From a virus (taxonomy: Duplodnaviria; Caudoviricetes): a DNA stretch of 64,000 bases. Made by a program: the position numbers and the translations under genes. The DNA lies in the IMG/VR virus record IMGVR_UViG_3300031867_000034, positions 15,798 through 79,797 of that record. One strand, given 5' to 3'. Below the pieces are notes generated by a model. The model had not been told where the DNA came from. It searched no databases and saw only the letters and a program-made list of their open reading frames with translations. Positions 56,521-64,000 of this stretch are shown in pieces (within the stretch, counting starts at the first letter, position 1; every line of letters begins with the position of its first letter).

Positions 56521-57063
56521 ATGCAGCCATTTGATGAAAAAGAAATGCTTGAATCTATGGTTATCTGTGTAGATACCAGAGAACAACCTACTGCTAGAAG
56601 TAAAAAAAGATATGAGTCTTTTGGGGCACCTTATGAACGTAGAACATTGTCCTACGGAGATTATACCTATAATGCAAAACTTCCTAGCGGTAAATGGCTG
56701 TTTAACGAGAATGAGACAATAAGCGGCTTTGCTACTTGTGAAAGAAAAATGAGTCTTGATGAACTGGCAAGCTGCTTGACTCATTCAAGAGATAGGTTTG
56801 AGCGAGAATTTAAAAGAGCTAAGGACCATAACGCCAGGATATTTTTACTGATAGAAAATGCTACTTGGGAGAACTTGTTAAACGGAAAATACAGAAGCAA
56901 GTTTAACCCTAAAGCTTTTTTCGCTTCATTGTGTGCTTGGCTTGTTAGATATGATCTGCAGCTTGTTTTCTGTAAAGAAGAAACTTCAGGCCAGATTATA
57001 AAGGAACTTCTGTACAGGGATTTAAAAGAACGCATAGAGCGTGGTGAGTTTGATGAATGTTGA
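56521..57063 (+). CDS. ERCC4-domain nuclease
   Basis: VDTREQ, L.YGDY, ERK.SLDEL…RFEREF, LLIE. Confidence 0.85.
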   Translation: MQPFDEKEMLESMVICVDTREQPTARSKKRYESFGAPYERRTLSYGDYTYNAKLPSGKWLFNENETISGFATCERKMSLDELASCLTHSRDRFEREFKRAKDHNARIFLLIENATWENLLNGKYRSKFNPKAFFASLCAWLVRYDLQLVFCKEETSGQIIKELLYRDLKERIERGEFDEC

Positions 57064-57538
57064 AGATATAAAAAACCAATATTCAATGAAAGAAATTCTT
57101 GATAGGTGTGGTATTCAGGTAGACAGACACGGCTTTTGTAATTGCCCTTTGCATAAAGGTGATCGAACTGCATCAATGAAAGTATATGAAAAAGACTTTT
57201 ATTGTTTTGGATGTGGTAAAGGTGGAGACTTTATTACTTTTGTAAAGCTATATCAAGGTCTTAATTTTCAGGAAGCATGTGAGTGGATATCCGGCGAAAC
57301 ACTAACAAGAAAAACAAAAAGACAGTTGGCAGTTGCCCAGATCAAGAGAAGAGAAAAGGAGAATGCTTTAAAGCGTACTAAAGAGGAATTAAAACAAGTG
57401 AATGATTCTTTTAGCGGTTTATGGCATTCTCTTTTAACTTCTGAGCCATTTAGTGACGAATGGACAGAAAACTATAACAAGTGGCAATTGCTATGTTACA
57501 AACAAGAACAACTATTAACAGAGTTGGGGGTTATATGA
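57053..57538 (+). CDS. CHC2 zinc-finger (primase Zn-binding) protein
   Basis: CPLH.GDRTASM.VY…FYCFGCG.GGD.I.FV. Confidence 0.85.
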   Translation: MNVEDIKNQYSMKEILDRCGIQVDRHGFCNCPLHKGDRTASMKVYEKDFYCFGCGKGGDFITFVKLYQGLNFQEACEWISGETLTRKTKRQLAVAQIKRREKENALKRTKEELKQVNDSFSGLWHSLLTSEPFSDEWTENYNKWQLLCYKQEQLLTELGVI

Positions 57539-59415
57539 CACAAGAAACAATAGAAGTAATGTCGAAAGACCAATTACTTAGCAAAGAAACCCTGATTGAG
57601 ATATTTGAGGAAGAGTCTGAAGCTGATAAGCAACTTTTACTAATTGCCATGACTGACAGGGCAAAAGAGCTTAAGTGTGTACAGGCTGTTAAATCATTTA
57701 TAAAGGCTTTTACTGATGACGTTAAGGCAGCTTCAAAATCAGACAGACATATGAATAATCAGACTGATTTTGGATATGTGAATGGTGAGCTTAACTGTGG
57801 TAACTGGATTGCGGATAACAATGGTATAAGGGTACTTACTATTTTTGGTGAGAAATTAGCATGTTATCATCCGATACTTCCGGTTGAACGTCTGTACAAC
57901 ATAGAGACTAAGACAGAAAAAATCACATTAGCATATCTAAGGGACAAGGACTGGAAGGAGATAACAGTCGATAAAGGGCTGATTGCAAGTTCTTCTAAGA
58001 TTGTTAAACTTGCAGACTATGGTGTAGCGGTGACTTCTGAAACAGCTAAATCATTGGTGCAGTACTTATGTGATATAGAGAACATGAATCCTATAAAGCT
58101 TAAGAACAGTACTAGCAAATTTGGTTGGCATGGAAAAGACTTTATACCTTATGACAAGAGTGTTGTTTTTGATGATGAATCCAGATTTAAAGATTTAGCT
58201 AGTTCCTTGAATGAGCGTGGCAGCTTTGAGATTTGGCTAGAGCTGACAAGGAAGATACGCAAAAACACTAAACACTACGAACCACAAGTATATTTAGCGG
58301 CCTCTTTTGCCAGTGTCCTAGTAAGTAGGCTTAATATGCTTCCTTTTATCGTCAATCTGTGGGGGAGTACTGGAAAAGGTAAAACAGTAGCGCTTATGTT
58401 GGCTGCATCTGTTTGGGCTGATCCAGGAGAAAACAAGTATATCACTGACAGCTATGCAACACAGAATGCTTTTGAGATAAGGCTGGATATATTAAATCAT
58501 CTGCCACTTCTTATGGATGATCTATCAAAGGTCAGGGATAAGCTCAACGACAACTTTACAGACTTGATATATCTTCTCTGTTCAGGAAAAGGAAAAGACA
58601 GAAGTAATGTCGATTTAGGGCTGAACAAGGTTAAAACATGGAGTAATACCATTCTTTCAAACATGGAAAGGCCGCTTGCTACAGACACCATGAAGGGCGG
58701 CGCCATCAATAGAATACTGGATTTTGAAATGCAAGATGGTTACATATTTGAAAATGGTAATGCTGTTGTAGAGGTCCTTAAAGACAACTATGGTTTTGCC
58801 GGAGTTAAGTTTATTGACATAGTAAAAGAACTTCCTATAGAAGTACTTAACAACATTAGGAAAGACTTTGAGCAGAAGATCAAGGAAGAGGCCAAGAAAC
58901 AGAACTCAGAGAAGGAAGAAAAGCAGATACTTCCAATGTCTTTACTTCTGACAGCGGATAAGATAGCCACTGATTATATTTTTGAGGATGGCATTTATTT
59001 GGATCTTCCTACAATGGTGAGCCAGCTTAAGGATGTGAATGAAGTATCTGAGGGACAAAGGGCTTATAACGCCATCATGGACTATAAGGAAATGTACGCC
59101 GGAAGATTTAGCGCTGAAAATGAGTTTAAAGCTGAGTCCTGGGGATTTGAAAAGGATGGTTTTTTAAATATTATTCCCACAGTCCTTAAGGATATAGCAG
59201 CAAAAGAGAACTTTTCTGTTAAGGCTTTTTGCTCCTGGGCAAAATCAAAAGATATTTTAAAAGCTAACAATTCTAAAAATCAAAATGTTGTAGGTGTAAA
59301 TGGAAAAACAAAAAGATTTTATACTATCAAAACAGATTATACACCTGAAAGCAGCATGAATACTGGGGATGATGGCTTTGAAGATGCTATACAAGAAGAG
59401 TTACCTTTTAATTGA
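57535..59415 (+). CDS. DUF927 primase-associated SF3-like helicase
   Basis: Walker A WGSTGKGKT, LPLLMDD, GKGKDRSN. Confidence 0.8.
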   Translation: MTQETIEVMSKDQLLSKETLIEIFEEESEADKQLLLIAMTDRAKELKCVQAVKSFIKAFTDDVKAASKSDRHMNNQTDFGYVNGELNCGNWIADNNGIRVLTIFGEKLACYHPILPVERLYNIETKTEKITLAYLRDKDWKEITVDKGLIASSSKIVKLADYGVAVTSETAKSLVQYLCDIENMNPIKLKNSTSKFGWHGKDFIPYDKSVVFDDESRFKDLASSLNERGSFEIWLELTRKIRKNTKHYEPQVYLAASFASVLVSRLNMLPFIVNLWGSTGKGKTVALMLAASVWADPGENKYITDSYATQNAFEIRLDILNHLPLLMDDLSKVRDKLNDNFTDLIYLLCSGKGKDRSNVDLGLNKVKTWSNTILSNMERPLATDTMKGGAINRILDFEMQDGYIFENGNAVVEVLKDNYGFAGVKFIDIVKELPIEVLNNIRKDFEQKIKEEAKKQNSEKEEKQILPMSLLLTADKIATDYIFEDGIYLDLPTMVSQLKDVNEVSEGQRAYNAIMDYKEMYAGRFSAENEFKAESWGFEKDGFLNIIPTVLKDIAAKENFSVKAFCSWAKSKDILKANNSKNQNVVGVNGKTKRFYTIKTDYTPESSMNTGDDGFEDAIQEELPFN

Positions 59416-59611
59416 TTTACACCTTTACACCTTTTACAAGCCAAAATATAAGACCTATATAAGAGATATGTTTTTTTAGAACTCAAAAAATAGTATAACC
59501 CTACGTGTGTATACAAAATAAGTGTAAAAAGTGTAAAAGGTGTAAAACATCAGATAATATCAAGCGTTTCGCTCATTCATAAAGTGTAAATCAGGTGTAA
59601 ATAGGTGTAAA
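59416..59611. repeat. Iteron-like TTTACAC/GTGTAAA array; probable origin of segment B
   Basis: Two or three TTTACAC followed by six GTGTAAA in opposite orientation, non-coding, right after the helicase. Confidence 0.65.
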
Positions 59612-59625
59612 AAAAGGGGGATTTT

Positions 59626-59883
59626 ATGGAAACAGAAGTATTCAAACAAAAAGTATACGGCCCATATTCTGACGCCTGGAAGATCCTTAAGCTAATACAA
59701 TTCGCCGGACAATCCAAGGATGATGATGAAAAGTGGCAGATGTATATGAAAGAAATAGATAAATTCGATAAGAAATATCCAGACAATAGATTCAAAGACA
59801 CTCTTGTGAAGATGCTTATTGATGCTGGGGATGATATAGCAAAGATGAATGGGGGACAGACAGATGCAATACAGAAGACCTAA
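59626..59883 (+). CDS. Hypothetical protein
   Basis: ORF track. Confidence 0.55.
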   Translation: METEVFKQKVYGPYSDAWKILKLIQFAGQSKDDDEKWQMYMKEIDKFDKKYPDNRFKDTLVKMLIDAGDDIAKMNGGQTDAIQKT

Positions 59884-60271
59884 AAAGAAAAGCCCATATT
59901 ATGTAGAGCCGGAGTTATTTGATAATGTGGTTACTTTCTGTAGGTGTTATCCGGTTTGGGTGAAAGAACTGCAAACACTTCCAGATTCCAGCAAGGCTAT
60001 AACATACGATCAGGATAAAGTGCAGACTTCAGGAGGCTATAACTCTACTGAAGCATTAGCAATAAAAAGGGTTGAGCTAGAGCATAAAGTTGATCTGATA
60101 CGAACAACAGCAATGATTAGCAGTCCGGATTTGTGGGAGTGGATTATAAAAGGCACTACAGAAAAAGGCGTGACTATAAATGATCTTATTGCCCAGGGAA
60201 TGCCATGTAATAAAAACCATTACGCAAAAATAAAGGCGTATTTCTATTATCTGCTTAGTAGGAGGATTTGA
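59864..60271 (+). CDS. ArpU/RinA-like late transcription regulator
   Basis: VVTFCRCYP.W…KVDLIRTTA…LWEWIIKG…YYLL. Confidence 0.6.
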   Translation: MQYRRPKKKSPYYVEPELFDNVVTFCRCYPVWVKELQTLPDSSKAITYDQDKVQTSGGYNSTEALAIKRVELEHKVDLIRTTAMISSPDLWEWIIKGTTEKGVTINDLIAQGMPCNKNHYAKIKAYFYYLLSRRI

Positions 60272-60566
60272 GGATGTTGACAAACAAAGAAAGATTAAGA
60301 GCCTTAATTGGCAATTTGAAAAATTGGAGCTGGGACGTTGAGCCTTAATACAGAATCGAGAAAGAAGATGCTGAGGCGTTGTTAGAGCATTTTCAACAGG
60401 AGGATAAAAAGGATGCCGAAGATATGTCTTGAATGTAAATATGGCGTTGTTGGGAAATATCAAAAAGTTTATAAGGGGCGTCCTATTGGTTGTGATAGTC
60501 CTGGAACGTATTGTTCACAAAATGGGGAAGGTCCATGCGGTATGTTTGAACCGAAGGAGGATAAAA

Positions 60567-61731
60567 ATGAAGTGCGGTCACAGTGATTGTTTTACATGTC
60601 CTTTCCCTGATTGTATCGGTGAACCTTCTGCACCTAAATCAAAAAGCGGTAGAAAACCTTTATCACCAGAGGAAAGAGCTGAACGAAGGCGGCTTTATTG
60701 TAGAGAATATTACAAAAACAATCCAGATAAGTTTCATGAAAGATACATGAAAAAGTCTGAAGGTACAGTAAAAAAACGCTATAAGGATTACAAGAAAAGA
60801 AAAATGTCTAATTATGGTTATTTATTATCATTAGATCAGGAAGCACTAGGACATTACTTATGCAGCATTATGGATGAAAAAACAGAAGCTTCTTGTTCAG
60901 GGTGTCCAATGCTAGACAGGTGCGGTAAGAATCATAATGGATGGATTGATTGGTTAGGAGAACTACACAATGATGTCCTTTAGAGAGGTTATGAAATGTT
61001 ATATATGAGAACAACTATGGATGCCTTAGAACTGCCTATAGCAGTCGCAGAAAGCCCTACAGAGCTTGCAAGAATGCTAGGAACTAAACAAAGTGTAGTA
61101 TCAAGCAGCATATCGCATAAGCGTAAAGGCTGGTATAGAGTGCCAGAGTCACAAGAAACAGACTGGTACCCTGATAATGATGGTGGCTTATGGAGGTTTA
61201 ACAAAGATGGATGTGTGGAGTACAAAGATTGATGATAGACACTGACATGAACAAAATACTAATAATCTTTGGATTTATCGCCCTGTTGGGGTGGATAACT
61301 ATATTGATGGAGGATAAGTGATGGCAAAAATATACATGGCAGTCAGGCATTATCCAGATAGACGCAGGCCTTGTTTGGTGCTAGAGATCGGTAATCAAGG
61401 ACTTGTAATTGCTACTTTCAGAAATGAGCGAATGGCAAAGGCATGGAAAAAGGCTTTAAATTGCGGTGTTGCGATTGCTTTTGAGAACAAAGATATTGAT
61501 ACACTTGATGATTTGATGGAAGGGGAATAAATGGGTAGATACGACGAAAAATGCGCTTATGATGCTATTCAAGATAAGATGGCAGAGTACAGAGACCAGC
61601 AGAAAGAAGCAATGAGAAGTGCTTGTGAGAATTGCGATAGTCATACAACGAAAGGTTGTTTATACTATGACGAAGAACAGGAAACTTTTGACTATGAGGA
61701 ATGTTTCAGAGACACAGGAGGTTGGGAATGA
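60567..61731 (+). other. Small nin-like hypothetical genes (60567-60983, 60996-61232, 61321-61530, 61531-61731)
   Basis: ORF track, with RBSs. Several are Cys-rich. Confidence 0.55.
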
Positions 61732-62189
61732 ATAGAGAAGAAGCAATTTATTTTGCAAACTGCCTTAAAAATAACTATACCGTTGATCTTAATGATATGG
61801 AAGCGTTTTGTGATATGGCGATCAAGGCACTTGAGCAAGAGCCAACTACTAAGAATGATTTAGGAGTTGATTGTATATCAAGAGCAGATGCAATTCAGGC
61901 TATGCAAGATACAGCCAAGAAGCTAACAAATGAAGATACAATAAACGGCTTATGCGGAGCAGTAGCAATATTGTTTGATTTTCCCTCAGTAACACCACAA
62001 GAGCCAAGAAAAGGCGAATGGCTTAGAATGTCTGATTTATCAGAACAAGAGGACGATAGATATAAATGTTCTCGTTGTGGGAATGTTGTACATCATAAGA
62101 ACAAAATAGATTTATATACTTTCAATAGTTGGTGTGGAAGATGCGGAAGTGATAATGGTATACATATACATTGTGAGGTAGAAGAATGA
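61728..62189 (+). CDS. Mosaic nin-region protein with Zn ribbon
   Basis: Shares DNA blocks with 19321-19941. Confidence 0.65.
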   Translation: MNREEAIYFANCLKNNYTVDLNDMEAFCDMAIKALEQEPTTKNDLGVDCISRADAIQAMQDTAKKLTNEDTINGLCGAVAILFDFPSVTPQEPRKGEWLRMSDLSEQEDDRYKCSRCGNVVHHKNKIDLYTFNSWCGRCGSDNGIHIHCEVEE

Positions 62190-62464
62190 CAAGAGAAGAA
62201 GCCGTTGCAGTATTAAAAGCATTTATGGAAAATCCGTTATTTGGTGATACGCATAAAGCCGCTTTTAATATAGCGATACATGATATTAAAGCCTATCACA
62301 AATGGAATTTGAATGAATTGGTCTTAACTCAAAAAGAAAATGAGCAAGAGCCTATTCTTGACAAGATAGATGAAATAATCACAGATGCCCTTGATAAGAG
62401 TACAGACCAAAAGGAAAGTCAAACACTTAGATGGGTATTAGATAAGATAAGCGAGGTAATGTAA
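62186..62464 (+). CDS. Hypothetical protein
   Basis: MTREEA…EQEPILDKI. Confidence 0.55.
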   Translation: MTREEAVAVLKAFMENPLFGDTHKAAFNIAIHDIKAYHKWNLNELVLTQKENEQEPILDKIDEIITDALDKSTDQKESQTLRWVLDKISEVM

Positions 62465-62979
62465 TGGAGTTGACAGAGCAGGAACTTAATAATGAAGTCT
62501 GGAAAGATATAAAAGGCTATGAGGGATTGTACCAAGTCAGCAATATGGGAAGAGTGAAAAGTGTTGCAAGAACAGTTACTTGGAAAAATCAGAGTGTAAA
62601 AAGATATAAGGAACGAATAATGAAAACACGGCAGAAACAAGGTTATGTTTCTGTTTGCCTTTTTAAAGATGATATACGCCGGGATTTCAAGGTTCATAGA
62701 TTAGTTGCAGAAGCATTTATATCTAACCCTAACAATCTTCCGTTTATAAATCATATTGATGAAAACAAACTGAACAATAAAGTTGAGAACTTGGAATGGT
62801 GTAGCCGTGAATATAACAACAACTATGGACAAAGAAATGGAAAGATAAGCATGACTCAAAAGAAGAATAGGCTTCTAAAAATGGTAAGTGAACATTCAAT
62901 ATCATTAGATGGAAATAAGTATATTTCTATACCGATACTTCAAAAGTTAATCGAAGATGTATATAACTTTTACGGATGA
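62464..62979 (+). CDS. NUMOD4-HNH homing endonuclease
   Basis: EVWKDIKGYEGLYQVSNMGRVKS; VHRLVAEAFI.NP…INHIDENKLNN.VENLEWC. Confidence 0.9.
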   Translation: MELTEQELNNEVWKDIKGYEGLYQVSNMGRVKSVARTVTWKNQSVKRYKERIMKTRQKQGYVSVCLFKDDIRRDFKVHRLVAEAFISNPNNLPFINHIDENKLNNKVENLEWCSREYNNNYGQRNGKISMTQKKNRLLKMVSEHSISLDGNKYISIPILQKLIEDVYNFYG

Positions 62980-63281
62980 TTACTATATCGACAAATACAA
63001 GGCAGAAAGTGAGGAATACAATGGCTGACATAGAATTAGTAATTAAGATACCAGAAAAAGTGTATAAAGCAATATGCGACAAAAATGCGTTAGGTTGCGA
63101 TATTGGTGACATCAAAAATATTATTCGTAATGGTACACCACTTCCAAAAGTACATGGAAAGTTGTTTGATGAAAATGAGATAAAGAAAGAAGCTATAAGG
63201 TGTGAGTGGAGTAGAGCCATGTATGATAAACTTGACCACACACTATCTTATATGAAACCAATCATAGAAGCAGATAAGTAG
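62976..63281 (+). CDS. Hypothetical protein
   Basis: IELVIKIPE…IRNGTPLPK.HG.L.D motif common in phage nin regions. Confidence 0.55.
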   Translation: MITISTNTRQKVRNTMADIELVIKIPEKVYKAICDKNALGCDIGDIKNIIRNGTPLPKVHGKLFDENEIKKEAIRCEWSRAMYDKLDHTLSYMKPIIEADK

Positions 63282-63321
63282 AACAATTAAATGTTTACAA
63301 ATGAAAGGTGACTAAAAAAGA

Positions 63322-63714
63322 ATGATTGAATTATATCCTACCAAATGCAATATATGCGGAGGGAAAGTAGAATATACATCAAATGCAAAAATTTATGGAA
63401 GACAATACGGAAGTGGTTATTGTTATCTATGTAAAGAATGTGGAGCGTTTGTTGGTACTCATAAACCAAGACCTAGACAGGCAATGGGAATATTAGCTGA
63501 TGCTAAAATGCGAGATTTAAGAATGCAATGCCATGAGTTATTTGACTCAATATGGAGAAATAACAAACATCCAGTAGCAAAAAGACGTAAAACTTATGCT
63601 TGGTTGGCAGAGAAATTAGATATACCTGTATATGAATGTCATTTTGGATATATGGATAGAGATATGTTGAATAAAGCATTAAATATATTAAAAGCAGATA
63701 AGGAGCAGGAATGA
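63322..63714 (+). CDS. DUF3268-like zinc-finger protein
   Basis: CNICGG…CYLC..CGAFVGTH…A.GILAD…R..CH..FD.IW…CHFG. Confidence 0.75.
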   Translation: MIELYPTKCNICGGKVEYTSNAKIYGRQYGSGYCYLCKECGAFVGTHKPRPRQAMGILADAKMRDLRMQCHELFDSIWRNNKHPVAKRRKTYAWLAEKLDIPVYECHFGYMDRDMLNKALNILKADKEQE

Positions 63715-63899
63715 GCAAATATTCTGTTGAAGATACAGACAATCCAAAACTCAAAGTGCTTATAGAGGAAATGGCATATCTTGAATGGATTAACAGAGCT
63801 TTAAAACAACAGGTACAGATAAATGAGAATAGGCTTGCAGAAATTGATAAAGAGCTAGTTAAGGAGCAGGAAGATGGGAATAACAATCAACATAACTGA
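63711..63899 (+). CDS. Hypothetical coiled-coil protein
   Basis: ORF track. Its 3' end overlaps the repeat. Confidence 0.5.
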   Translation: MSKYSVEDTDNPKLKVLIEEMAYLEWINRALKQQVQINENRLAEIDKELVKEQEDGNNNQHN

Positions 63900-64000
63900 G
63901 GGCATCAACGACTATGAATTTTATAATGTGCCGAAAAAAGTAGCAAAAGCAATAATTACACTTCTACATGAGTGTGAGAAGGAAGATAGCACTATTGTTT
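63874..64000 (+). repeat. Perfect direct repeat, copy 2 (truncated by window end)
   Basis: Identical to 20092-20218. Confidence 0.95.

Noticed and set aside
1-64000. Stop-codon reassignment
   Set aside because: Standard-code ORFs tile both segments densely, and core genes are uninterrupted.

Overview
The window is entirely phage DNA from low-GC Bacillota (probably Clostridia/Lachnospiraceae-type) hosts, and it reads as two different phage genomes joined end to end. Segment A (1 to ~20.1 kb) is siphovirus-like: end of tape measure, distal tail, tail spike, receptor-binding protein, lysis genes, an uncharacterised ~10-gene cassette, then recombination and replication genes. It has no visible integrase or repressor and is almost free of GATC. 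Segment B (20,092-63,873; 43,782 bp) has exactly one copy of every module of a temperate podovirus-like phage: terS/terL, portal, scaffold, capsid, short tail, lysis, ejection proteins, an intact tRNA-derived attP, integrase, immunity region and primase-helicase replication. It is flanked by a perfect direct repeat of at least 127 bp (20,092-20,218 = 63,874-64,000), so the window is either a co-integrate or an assembly chimera. The most interesting unannotated elements are RNA-level: (i) a ToxN/TenpN-like toxin preceded by two sequence-divergent but structure-conserved pseudoknots; (ii) a putative RelE/BECR-fold domain inside the 2,027-aa ejection protein followed in frame by an antisense sigma-70 promoter and structured linker; (iii) an unannotated type I toxin-antitoxin locus; (iv) twin hairpins with identical loops ahead of the late operon; (v) a loop-loop pairing leader before the segment A replication initiator. 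Family assignments come from motif recognition by eye, not from database searches.
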